This document shows positions 20,590-33,700 of a stretch of DNA of 57,643 bases, piece by piece (the first letter of the stretch is position 1; every line of letters begins with the position of its first letter). The stretch comes from Guillardia theta CCMP2712 (taxonomy: Eukaryota > Protista > Cryptophyta). Below the pieces are notes generated by a model that saw only the letters and a program-made list of their open reading frames with translations, did no database searches and was not told the DNA's origin. The DNA lies in NCBI RefSeq assembly GCF_000315625.1, contig NW_005434474.1, forward strand, positions 1 to 57,643. Direction: 5' to 3'. A program made the translations under genes and the position numbers.

Positions 20590-23500
20590 TCAGCGACTGT
20601 CTGCACCTTCACCTCTAACCTGTCGCGTGCTCCCTGCTGAGCTCCTGACCGACCAGACGCAAGGGTGGAGCACTCGGGGGGGATGGATGGGGAGGAGGAG
20701 GAGGGAGCAGCAGCGCCTGCATTCTCTCCTCTCTTTCCTGTTGGAGACAGTCACCCAAAATTTCATTTTCCTTTCCCCCTCACCGAGTCCGCTGATGCCG
20801 TTCCGGACCGCCTGACCCCAAGACCCGCCCAGCTGCTGCAGCATGTCTCCAACCCCTTCCCCTGAAAAGCCTGGAGCGCATTAGCAAGGCGGAGGGAGAG
20901 GAGGGACAACACGGAAGGAGGAGGAGGAGGAGGAGAGGGGTGGCTGCAGACAGGAGGAGGCGGAGGCTCGTATGGCTGAGGAGCGTTACCGGCAGCGTTA
21001 GCCGCTTCCACCTTCTTCGACAGCTTGTGAATGACCTCCTTATATCTATCACACTCCTGATGGGCGTCAGCTGGGGATGAGCTGGGGCGGGTCAGCCTGT
21101 GACCTGCTCGAGGCTGTGGATCCTCTGGTTGAGCTTCGTCGACTCCTCGTTGAAGGCTTCTTGCATGCGCGCCTGCGCTCCCGTCAGGCTCGCCTCGGAG
21201 CCTGTTCCTCCCGTACCTGCCGCTCCAGCAGCAACCTCATCTCATCGGCATCAGCGCTGGCGCCGTCCTTGGCGTTCTCCTGCTTCTCCCCTGACGCCTT
21301 GAGGACGGCAAGGTTGGATTCCTGCAGGAAACGCTGGCGAGTCACGTCCTGTCAACTTTCCTCTGGATCCTCCTCCTCCTCCTCCTCCTCCTCTCCTCCG
21401 CAACTCACCAGCTCCTGGATGCGCGCGTCCTTCTCCTTCACCTTTCCTTCGCTCGCCTGCCATTTCTCATCAGCATGGAGTAGCAAGCATCAGGCTCCCT
21501 CGACCTTGGCCTCCTGCTCAACCTTTGCCAGTTGAGCCTTCAACTTGTTGTGCTCCTCCTCACTGGTGCCCAGCTCTCCCTTGAGCTTCGAGAGACTCTC
21601 TTCCAGTTCCTTCTTCTCTGCCTGCAACTTCTCTTCCGCAGCCTGTGTGCTGGCCTTCTCGCGCTCGAGGCTTCCTTTCTCCGCTTGTCCCTTCCTCACC
21701 TCATCCTCCATCTCCTTCATCTTTCCATTCGCCGCCTCAAGCTCCGCCTTGGTCTTGCTCAGCGTCAACTTCAAGTCCTCAAGTTCCTTGGCTGACTGAC
21801 TCTGGGCGTCCGCGGTAGTCTTGCGCAAGTCTTCCTCTCGCATCTTCGCTTCTGATTCCTTCTGGCTGATCTCGTTCTTGAAGCGAGACGCCTCCTCCTG
21901 CGACGACTTGACCTTCGACTCCAGCTCGCCCACCTTGTCCTTGGCAGCAGCCAGCTCATCTCGCAGCGCCTTCAAGTCCCCCTCGAGGTTCTGCTTCGAA
22001 GATCGCAGGGACTCTACCTCTGCCGCCGCATCGGAGCTCTGCTTCTGAAGCCTGGACTTCTCTTCTTCCATGAACTTGCTCTGCTGCTCAGCTAGCGCCA
22101 GTTTCTTTTGGATTGATGAATTCTCTTCCTCCGCCCTCGCAGAGTCTTTCTTTGCCTTCTCCTTGAGCTCCGTCAGCTCCTGATCCATGTTCTTCTTCAC
22201 CGTGTCCAACTCTCCTTTCAGCTTCGATGTCTCTTCCTCCAGCTCCTTCTTGTGCGCTGCTACCGCACGCTCGAGCTCCTGCTTCAGGTCCTTCTCGCGC
22301 TCCTGCAGGTCTGACATCTGGTTCTGCGCGTGCTGAAGCTTTGTGTTGACCTCCTCAACCGCCGAAGCGTTGGACTTCTTTTCATTCTCAAGCTCGTACT
22401 TGAGATTTCGCAGCTCCTCGTCCTGCAAAGAAGCGTCAGGTGAAGGGCAGCAGCGAGATGAGAAGGTTCAAGGAACGAGTTCGACTCAAGGCAAGCTGGG
22501 GGCACGAGAGTTTAGGAGGCTCTTCACCTTCTCGGAGATGGTCTTCTCGAACTGAGTGGTGGAGTGCTGAGCAATCAAACCTGCGGCCACAGGAATCTGA
22601 TACTCCATGAATGCCAGCAAGACTTCGAGCTTTGCCGGGGTGTCAGGGGTCTTTTCCATGTATTCACTTCTGATCTTCAGCCTCTCCTTCTCGTACTCCT
22701 GGAAGGAGACAAAAGACTTGGCTTCAACCATGCTCGCAAGCCCCGCGTAGGCTTCTTTGATCGAGTCTTCTGCCACTTGACGGGCAACGCTCTCGTTCTT
22801 GCTCTGAAGGGTCAGGAACGAGTCGTGCAGAGCATCAGTGAGCGAGGTGATGTACGGGTCCAGCTCGGCGCCATGGCCGATGCAGTGCTCACGAAAGAAC
22901 TTGTCGGCAGCCTTGGAGAGTTCCTTGTGATGCGCCTGAAGCTCTTCACCCGAGTACGGCATCTTCCCCTCAAGCTCGGCAGCAGAGGCCTCGTACAGCT
23001 TGCGGGCGTCATCAACGGCCTTGACGTTCTTCGACTTGCTAACTTGCGTCCACGCGTCTCCGATGTTCAGCGAAGTGCCAGTGTTGATGGCAGTCGCGTA
23101 CGTCTCGGCCAGGTGGCTCAGCATGAAGCCGTCAAGCATCTTGCCGTTGAGGGTCTTGGCAGGAGCAGAAGAATAAATCTTCCTTCGGAGAAGCTTGACC
23201 TGCTCGACAAACTCAGGACGGAAGTCAGACCACTCGGCCTGGTCGAGCTGCTGCAGCTTGCTCTCGTCCTCGACGGGTCTCTTCAACGTCACGCAGTCTC
23301 GGTTCGGGAAGAAGGCAAGCAGCATACGACGAATGCGGTTCTTCACTTCGACCCCCTCCGAGAATCCTTGCACCGGAGTCAGGGCGCGTTCAAGGTACTG
23401 CTTAGGGGAGAAGGGGTTGCCGTTCTCGTCCACCAGCAAGAGCGTGAAGTCACGTACCACCCACAGGAAGTGCGGGAAGAAGTTGGCAAACTCCGCGCCG

Positions 23501-24039
23501 GTCTCAGGCTCACCGCCGGCTTCTCGGTCCGACTTGGTTCTGATGTGCTTCGTCAGCTCGACAACGAGCGAGAGGTTGTTGAGCGCAGACTCGTCGATGG
23601 ATCCGACGGAGTTGTAGATGAAGTAGGAAGACAGCAACAGGGCGAGCGCAAAGATCTTCGCATCATGGTCGGCATCGGCGTCAAGAGATCCGATGCCTTC
23701 GGTATCGATTATGAGCAGCTTTACTTCACTGCCATCCGCCAGCTTCGTCATGAGCGGTTTGTTCCAGAGCCACAAGCCTTTGGTGCATGAGTTGACTGTC
23801 GCGCCCACCTGAAATCCTTTTCCTTTGACATCCAGCAGCATGCGATTGACCAGAAGGCTCTTCCCCGTGCGGTACCTGCCAACGATGGAGGCCAGTGCGA
23901 CAGGAGCTCTGAGAGTGGAGAGGAACTCCTTAGCTTCTTCAGTCACACGGAACCTGGCATCGTCCCCGTCTCCCTCCAAGGCGATGAAGGGGATACCCAT
24001 CCCATCCTTGTAGTCCTCGTTCAAAAGCGCTTCAACCAT
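20590..24039 (-). CDS. Guanylate-binding protein (GBP/atlastin-family large GTPase) with long C-terminal coiled coil
   Basis: P-loop VGRYRTGKS, switch TVNSCTKGLWLW, G3 DTEGIG and G4 FLWVVRDFTL, then a helical domain. A coiled-coil exon of about 300 aa (22428-21500) is followed by several short exons (ASEGKVKEKDARIQEL|ESNLAV...|ARMQEAF...). The 3' end is approximate. Confidence 0.92.
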
Positions 24040-24857
24040 TTTCCACTTCAGCTGAACTTACTGCTCCTTCTCTTCTCCGCCAGGCCTCGTGGGATGCGGG
24101 TTGCAGTTTCAGTTCAAGGAGTGGCAGAGGCCTACATGATGTGATCAGAATCATGAGCACAGCCAATGCTCCTCCTCACGCAAGAGCACGCCTACACACG
24201 CTTGACAGCACACACATCGTGACATCTAAACCCTAACACACTCCGCACAGCAGGAGAAAAGAAGGGACACAACAATTTGAGAACATCAAGTACAAGCAGC
24301 CAAGGATCCACGTAGAAGAAGGAGAGGGTAGGACCAAGGGAGTGAAGCAATCAATGAACATGCAGTCTAGTCAGCCGCCTTCCTCTATGCACGGGTCGCC
24401 ACTCTTTGCTTCAATCTTTCCCTAGGCTCCTCTCTCTTGGCTTACCCTCTCCTTCCCCCCCCTTCTCTCTCTCTGTGTCTCTGTCTGTGTCTCTGTCTCT
24501 GTGTCTCTCTTCTCTCCTGCTCTTCTCTCCTTCCCCCCCCCTCCCGTATGCACACAACCCCACCGAACATCTACAACTACATCCCACCCTAATGAAACGA
24601 AAATCTATCACCCTTACCCCTAAGAATGTGTGTGTGGTTCCTTTTCCTCCTAACCCCCGTCGCTTGCTACTTCAGCATCCTCCTCTTCCTCCTTCTCTTC
24701 CTCCTCCTGCTCCTCGTCACTGTCCTCTCCATCACACCCTTCCTTCCCCCTCGTTGCATCTTCCCCTACACTGAGCACATTCCGTGGTGCTTCAATACAA
24801 CGCCGCACATGCAAGCTACAGAGAGGTCGAGGACTAGTTAACGAGCAGCGGGATGTA

Positions 24858-25584
<727 letters not shown>

Positions 25585-26155
25585 TTGCCGCCATGCATGC
25601 AAGTCCTCATCAGGGGTAGGGTACTGATGGACACCAGTATAGTTTCGGTATCACCCCTTCTCCGTCTAAGTATTCAGGGACATGTACCGGGTAGTAATAC
25701 ATTTGGGTGGGGTGGTGAGTCCTGGGGGTATGAGGGATGGAGGGGTCAGGCTGAGGACGTGGATCACACACAAATGCTGGTTTTATTTTCAAAGCTTGTT
25801 TTATATTTAAAACTATTTTATCTGTAGTACCAAGGGAAGTCTTTTGTAGAATATTTGTTTTCAAAACCAACTCTTGCGTACAACAATAAATTGGCTCTGT
25901 TGTTAATTTCTGGTACTATTTCAAAATTGTACCAAGCACCCAGTCAGTCGATAGGATCGTACACTTATATAGATGAAGGCTTGAAAGGAATATCCTCCAA
26001 ATCTAGTTATGTTTTATAAGTGTTTGTACTGTAACCTCCAAAATATGTTTTAAGATTTTTGTTATAAATTAGGCAGTGACAAGAAAGGCAGAAAATCGCA
26101 TCTTAAGAGATTTTGAACTGCCCCCAATTCATCCTCAGCCGAGCGAAGAGCCAGC

Positions 26156-28218
26156 ATGGCGGCGAGGTTACGCTATGGCGCGATACCGCGACAGGTGAGG
26201 AGGAAGAGAGAATGTACTGCTGGAGGGTAAGAACACAGAACTAAGAGGAGAGCGAATTCATGGCAACAAACATCATGAGCGGATTCATGGCAACAAACAT
26301 CATGAGCGAAATCATGGCAACAAATATCATGGAGATGATGCTATCTAGTGCATGATAAATAATAGGTCAGTTTGAGGAATGTGCGTTCAGCTGGGAAGCA
26401 GGGATGTGAGAGATAGACTCTCGAAAGGAGACGAGGAAAAAGAAGATGCATGGTAGAAAATGGAGATAAGCTTCTTTTCAGCGAAGAGGGGTCTTGTTCT
26501 TGCATATTTTTGTTTATGGACATCATTTACATCAGCAATTTTCTACTTCAACTGAGGTGTGGGTGTCTGGTAGTAGGGTCAGTTGGAAGGCTAGCTCATT
26601 AGCTTCGGGCTGTATCCTCCTCCAAGTAAGATGTCGGAGCCATTTGATTGAAGGAAGAGAGGAAGGTGTTGGTTAGGGACGCCTGCAGTGATAGCGGCCA
26701 AGTGACATGCCTTATAACGTGCGGCTTGTTTCTAGGCTGTGTCTCTGCACGATCGGACGCCGTCGCGGCTCATCGCCATTGCTGGAGGCCTCGTGCTGAT
26801 CGCGCTGGTTTACGGACTTCATGTGAGTTCTTGCTGGTGCCCATGGTTGGTTGACGTGCGGGAAGCATACGACCTCCGTCTCATTGCTGTCGGATCCGTC
26901 CAAGTTTCAGGTAGAGAAGTTGTCGCTATGGCCGCTCGAAGTCACGTATGTGCTTCAGACTGAACAACGAGACATTCTGAGACATTCCAAGACATCAACG
27001 GGTGACTCACAAGTCGATGCCTTGATCCGAGCGGCTGCCAAGGAGGTGCCAAATGCTCAACTTGTGCTCTGACCACTCAAAGTCTGCCGGCAGGTTGAGG
27101 CCGCCGCGCTGAAGAAGGTGAAGAGAATGGAGAAGAAGACGAGGCTGAATCAGGTTCGCTCCTCAGTTCCCTTGAGCTTGTCAGGTGTTGAGAGGATGGG
27201 GCACAGGTGTTGAAGTCCAATGTCAAATCAAAGGTGACCAAGCTTGGACAAGCGGACGTTGCTCCCACCTTCTACGAGGTAAGAGGTTCTGATTCGTCCC
27301 TGTTCTCCTCACATCCAGCAGAATCACAAGCCTGGCATGTTGGGGATCGCAGCCGTGTCGAAGTAAGCCGACTACTCCTTGTTCATGGAGCGCTGATGGG
27401 ACTCTCAGGTGGGTCCCTGAGGACCATCCGGAAGGTCACAAAGATTGTCCTCTTTCGGATGTGGATTGCGACGAGCTCTGGCCATGGGGAAAGGTGGGAT
27501 CAGGTCGTGCTGGTGCTGGTGCTGACAGCCATCAAGGTCCATCCCAAGGACGCGGGCCCGCCGACGAGAGACGCAAAGCTGGGGGATAACTTGATTGGGT
27601 CTGCCTCATGCTCCTCATCAACCTGTCACTCAAGCTTCTGCTGCAGACTTGCGTCCAACGACGATGTTGTCGTCGAAACAGATAACAGGCATGACAGTAA
27701 GACGAGGCATTGGCTCATCTGACTTCCATAGCAGTGGATTGTACTCCAAAGCGCATCCGTACGTTGATCGCTTCGACCATTGGCCGGAGGAGTCGAAGAA
27801 GAACAAGGATCTTCTGTATGGCTCTGCCAGGAGCATCATCCGACAGAAAGTCAGTGACAAGTTGATCTCATTTGGTTTGGCTGATGGTCTTGACAGTACA
27901 CCGGCATCGGAGACGTCTATGTTCCCATCGACAAAGTCGAAGATCAAGAGCATCTCAAGTCGCATGCGGATGACTTTGCGAACCTTGTGTTCGGCTCCTG
28001 GAATCAGGTCTAGACGCTGTTTGGGACCCACGTTCTCGCTTATGGTGTTGGCAGGGCTTCAACAAGCCGCACAATCTGAAAGTGAAGAAGAGTGTTAGCA
28101 TGTTCGATCAGGTCACTTGCCTGTTCTTTCTTTCACCGCACGTGCTTACAATGACGTCCAGCCCTATCGGCAGCACATGTCAGTTGCATCAGGCAATGGG
28201 AAGCAGGTGAGCTGCTGA
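26156..28218 (+). CDS. Hypothetical single-pass (type II) membrane protein, multi-exon
   Basis: MAARLRYGAIPRQ|AVSLHDRTPSRLIAIAGGLVLIALVYGLH (TM)|...WVPEDHPEGHKDCPLSDVDCDELWPWGK|...HPYVDRFDHWPEESKK...|YTGIGDVYVPIDKVED..., with consistent ~50-nt GT-AG introns. Confidence 0.6.
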
Positions 28219-28741
28219 ATCTACCTTCGGCTTACTCCTCTCTGTCCCACATCTGCTTCCATCTACGTTCCTCTCTCGCTGTCTTGCTCCTCACTCGTTT
28301 TTCTCTTCGCTCTTTTTGCTGCTCAATTTCGAATAGGTATACCACCAGCAAGGCAACTTGCCCATTGGAAATTCTCTGGGCAAGTGAGGAGGCGACAAAG
28401 AATCTTTGAAGGTTGGATGAGTGTAGGAGGTGAAAAATGTGCGATTAGAAGTTGACCAAACCGTTGAACCTGCCCTTGCCTTGTCCGCCTCAGCCGCTTG
28501 TCATCGGATCGCCGGACTATCATAGTATCATGCTATCGCGGCACACAGCAACTCTCACTGTTAAGTTAACTCAGGCTACTAGTCAATTGTCTTCGTACTG
28601 ATTTTAACTCAACTTTGAGTAAACCGCTGAGTCAGAACTCGCTGGCTGCCGGCCGAGTGGCCCGCGGATTCTCTCCGAAGAGTAACGGAAACTAACGTAA
28701 GAAAGTGATGATCAACGGTCGTGTAACTGACAAACTGGAAC

Positions 28742-30445
28742 ATGCGAAGCTGCATGCAAAGCCTGCGACAGGTAGGGGGAAGGGAAGACGAGGAGGAGGA
28801 GGAGGAGGAGGAGGAGGAAGAGGAGGAGGAAAGAGCTCAAGAAGGAAGAGAAGGATCTAGGGAAGGAGAAGCAGGATCCTGGAGGAGAGGGGGTTCGGGT
28901 GGAGTGAAGTTTGGAGAAAGGGAAGTGGGGGGGGGATAAAAGGAATCGGCGATGGGAAGAATATGGGAGCATAGAACGAGAATATGGGAGCATAGAACGA
29001 GAATATGGGAGCATAGAGGTGACTTCTCTGCATCAGCTTTCTTCGAACTTGTCAGGGAGGCGGATAAGCGGCTGGACAAGCGTGAGTCTTGAATTCCTTC
29101 TAATCTTGACCCGCTATGCTGCCCAATCCCCATCCCCATCCCCTTTCTCCTCCTCCTCCTGCTCTTCCTCATTTTCTTCCTCTTCCTGCTGCCTGAGCAA
29201 TCCCCCACCTTTCTTGCACTTCCTTGCTGATGACCTTCAAGCTTTCAAGCGCAAGGCTCTCAGTCTGTTCGGTCGGGGAAGGACAGAGGAGGAGGCGGTC
29301 ATGCTGCCTCGCCTCCCCTGCTGTTTCAAGCGTCTGCTCCTCCTCCCGGTCAGCCCGTCACAACCCCCCACCCCACCCCACCCCACCTTTGCCTTCTCCC
29401 TCCTCCACCACCACCACCACCTCCTCCTCCTCCTCCTCCTCCTCCTCCTCCTCCTCCTCCTTCTCTCCCCTCCCTCTTCTGCCCACTCAAGTCTTTGCAG
29501 GCACTTCTGGACGAACAACAGCTTCTTGCCCAGCTTGGGGTCAGCAGAGAAGACTGTGCACAGGTGAAGAGGCGGAGAGACACGGGGGGACAGAAGGAGA
29601 AGGATGGAGTGGAAGGTGAACTGATTGGCAAAGTTGCAGAGAGAGAAGACTGGTGCGATACAGCATGGAGAAGGTGAGGAGAAAGAGGAGGGGGGGGGCT
29701 AAGGAGGAGGACGAGGGAGGAGGAGGAGCGAAGAGGAAAAGGAGGGGGAGGGGGAGGTGAACGAGGAGGAGGAGGAGTGATGAGCGCCAGGTGTTTGAAG
29801 TTGTGAGCAACGTGCAAGATTATCATCTCTTCCTCCCCTGGTGTCGCGCGTCGAAATTCTTGGAAANNNNNNNNNNNNNNNNNNNNNNNNNNNNNNNNNN
29901 NNNNNNNNNNNNNNNNNNNNNNNNNNNNNNNNNNNNNNNNNNNNNNNNNNNNNNNNNNNNNNNNNNNNNNNNNNNNNNNNNNNNNNNNNNNNNNNNNNNN
30001 NNNNNNNNNNNNNNNNNNNNNNNNNNNNNNNNNNNNNNNNNNNNNNNNNNNNNNNNNNNNNNNNNNNNNNNNNNNNNNNNNNNNNNNNNNNNNNNNNNNN
30101 NNNNNNNNNNNNNNNNNNNNNNNNNNNNNNNNNNNNNNNNNNNNNNNNNNNNNNNNNNNNNNNNNNNNNNNNNNNNNNNNNNNNNNNNNNNNNNNNNNNN
30201 NNNNNNNNNNNNNNNNNNNNNNNNNNNNNNNNNNNNNNNNNNNNNNNNNNCTCCTCCTCGTTCTCCTCCCCTTCCTCTCTCCCCCCCCTCACTCGCGTGT
30301 CTTCTCCTACTTCACATCTTCTTGAGCTCATCGCCTCCGACAGTTTTCAAGCTGACTGTTGGAATTTCAGGTTGGAATTTCAAGTAGATTTTCGTTTTCG
30401 CAACGAGCTCTACAATCAGGTAAAAGAGAAGAGAAGTGAAGGAAA

Positions 30446-30485
<40 letters not shown>

Positions 30486-30738
30486 TTGAGTTTGTTGGTC
30501 TCTAAGACGTGAGGAGGTGGCGACGACATTCCAGGAGGAAGTCACGACTAGGATGATTGGAGCCTTTGAGCAGCGATGCCGGGTAACCAAATCTCCTCGT
30601 TCTCCTCCTCGTTCTCCTCCTCCTCCTCCTCCTCCTCCTCCTCCTTCCCCTGCCCTTTTCCGTTCCCGCACATCTCCCTCTCTCATCTGTTCTCGTTAGG
30701 ATCTCTACGGTCAGTCTGATGACAAGGAAAAGCGATGA
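28742..30738 (+). CDS. COQ10: Coenzyme Q-binding protein COQ10-like (START/polyketide-cyclase fold); middle lies in an assembly gap, start uncertain
   Basis: VFEVVSNVQDYHLFLPWCRAS...LEFQVDFRFRNELYNQ|VATTFQEEVTTRMIGAFEQRCR|DLYG matches the COQ10/RatA pattern (Y..F.PWC..S; v.F.F; M..AFE.R). Confidence 0.8.
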
Positions 30739-30780
30739 AGAGGAAGAGACAACTTAAAGCGGAAGAAAGAAAATCCATGG

Positions 30781-33700
30781 CTAGCTCCAGCTCCTCCCCA
30801 GCTCCTCCTGTATCATCTCCTCTCTCTTCCCTCCTGCAGGTCTCGCAGCCTCTCATTCGCCTCCTGGACGCGCGGCCAGTTGCACTGCATGCTCTGCTCC
30901 TGGTGCCGCTGCTGGCAGAACTGACGCGAGACGTCAAGCGAGGGAGGAGGAGGAGGAGGAGGAGGAGGAGGAGGAGGAGGTGAAGAGGAAGCAACGAACC
31001 TTCAAGAATCGTTGTGCGTATCCCTTGCCGTCTGGGTTCCAAATCCTGGAGGCGAGGACAAGAGAGTTTCTCCTGCTCGACCTCTGCTCCTCCCCGCCCA
31101 CCTCCAGGTGAAAGCTCCTCACCATCAGCTCCAGCGCGTCTTCTGTGACCTTGCAAACCTTCTCTACATGCTCTGGTCCAGCAGTCAAAGGGAGAAAGCA
31201 GTGAAGACAGGGGAGCGCGAGAAGGGGGAGGGGGGGGAGGAGAAACAAGGAGAGATGGGAGAGGAGAGGAGGACATTACCGCGGAAGTAGCTGAAATCTC
31301 TATCCTGCAAGCGAAGGTTTCCGTCCCTGGACGCTGAAACTTTGCGATCCAACAAGCGCTGCCATCTCCTGCACAGCTCCCCCCATGCTCCGTTCCCGCC
31401 CTCCCCATCCTCCTCCTGCCCTCCCCTCCCCTCCTCCTTCCCGCAAAGATAGTCCACACAGAGCCCAAGGAAATCCACGAGCCTGACTGCAGGCAAGAAG
31501 CATCGGGAGCTTGTGTGCTCCTCCGAACTATCCACCATCAGCTCCCCTCCTCCTCCCTGGGGACCAACACGCTGCAAGAGGAAAGAGAGGCAGCGCCGCA
31601 GCGTCTCAAGCTTGAGATCCTTCACAGCTTGGGGAGGAAGCAAATCGACGTCCTCTACCGCCCACACTTCCTCCTTCTCTTCCTCCTCGTCCTCCTCCTC
31701 TCCTCCAGCCCACGGCAATGTGCGTATCGTCTTCTCCTCCAGCAAGTGGTCGAGCATGGCGATCACGTACTGCTTCACCTCCTCCTTCACCTGGGCCCCG
31801 AGAGGTCCGGGGTTGGGGGCGTCTGACTCGAGGACGCGGAGACGGTTGGCAGAGAGGAAGAGGTCGGCGAGGACGCAACGATGTCGCTCAGTGGCCTCCA
31901 CCTTCATCCTCTTCATCGTTGATCCGTTCAAGGGCACCAGCGCCTGCTCAAAGTCCTCAGTCAGCCTTCCTGCCTCCCTCGTCTTCCTTGTCCTCTGTAC
32001 ATCCTATCCCTTCCTCCTCCTCTCCTTTCATGCCCCCTGCCCCCTACTCCTCTACTCATCTTCCCCTTCCCTCCTCCTCTCCCTCGCTCCCTCACCTGCT
32101 GCCAGCTCGCTCGCTCATGAGGAGGAGAGCAGATGGCCTGCATCAGTGCCCGATGGTTCCAGATGAACTTGAGGATACTCTCTTCCATCTTTGCGGGTGC
32201 TGTCTCCTCCTCCTCCTCCTCCTCCTCCTCCATCCTCTCACTCTGTGTCGCTCGTCCAGCAAGCAGCTCTGGCATGGAACTGGCAGGGATGCGGAGGAGG
32301 GAGGCAACGAGGGAGAAGGAGAGGAAGGAGAGGGCGAGGAGGTTCTTCGACACCCGAGAGGTTTGACCGGAGGGAGGAAAGAGCAACGCGCTGGCCTGCT
32401 CTCTGCTGAAGATTCTCGAGGACAGGAACGAGCAGAGGCCCAGCTTGTGCAGGATGCCGTTCCTTGTCAACTCCCTCTGCGACCCTTCGCGTCAGACCAT
32501 TCACGACATGACAGCTCGACTTACCAGCCCTGCCTCAGAGCTTGACAGCTGCTTCAACAGCTGGACCTTCGCCGTGAACACGTTGAGGTGCCCCGCAAAC
32601 TTCTCGTGGCTGCTGGGGTCGAGCAGGGAGGGCAACGACGTCCTCCCCTCCAGGTCGTCCAGGCAGTGGCGGATGAGGTGCGAACGCTGCAAGAAGCTCG
32701 AAAGGTCGGGGAGCAGAGAGCCCTTGCTGGGCGCGAATCTCGAGTGCAGCGCAGTGTTGCCGCTGGGGAGCAGGTGAAGGAGGAGGCGGAGGGCGAGGGT
32801 CCTGCACTCCCAGCTCGGGTCCCAGCTCCTCGGCTGCTCGTCGAAGTTGATGAAGTCACGGAGGGTGAGGTCGAGAAGAGGCTGGCGGCGAGAGTCCAGC
32901 AAAGCCTCCACCTCCCGCGGGCGGAAGAGGAGGAAACTCGTGCTGCTGTTGCCGCTGCGAGCCTGGAGGTTTCGCCGGATGAGGCCGTCTCGTTGCTCGC
33001 GGCTTCCGATGGCCTCGAACAGGTCCAGTTTCAGGTGGGCGAGCAGCTGGAGGCAAGCTGAGTAGAGCCGATGGCGGATCATGCGACTCCCGACGGAACC
33101 GCCTTCCTCCATGCCTCCGTCTGACGAGCCTCTCGTGAAGAGGAGGAGGCCGAGGACAGAGTCAAGCAGCAGCATCAGCTTCTGCCGCCACCTCCCGACC
33201 GTCTCGCTCATCCCCTCCTGCTCCGCCGACTCAACCCGCTGACTCCGCTGCGCTACCAAGAAAGAGACTCCATGCTCCAGCAGGAAGCTCAGGTGCACCG
33301 TAACCTCCACGTTGCTCGCGCTCAGCCGGGCGGGAAACGCGGGGATGACGTGGCGAGAGAGGAGGTGGAAGAAGAAGGAGAATTTCTCTTCCACTGCAGC
33401 CATGGCGAGCTCAGGACAGTAACCGGCGTCATGCAGGACCTCGACATGGTCGGCGAGGGTTCGGCTGAAGTCACGGAGGGAGCAGAGGAAGTGCTGGCGA
33501 GCGCTCTGGCACCTCATCAAGACGTTCAAGCCATTGAGAGGCGAGCAGAGCTTGTGCTGGACAAACGCTTCCACGTTAAGAGCCTCCTGCTCTCCCTGCG
33601 ACCTCCTGCCCATATTGGCGAGCTTCCAAGAGAGTCGAAGTTTGACGGCATTTGAAGAGAAAAAAGTCATGTCAGACGTCCACGAGTCGCAGGGCACGAG

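Noticed and set aside
22564-23790. 408-aa plus-strand ORF
   Set aside because: An antisense shadow of the codon-biased GBP exon.
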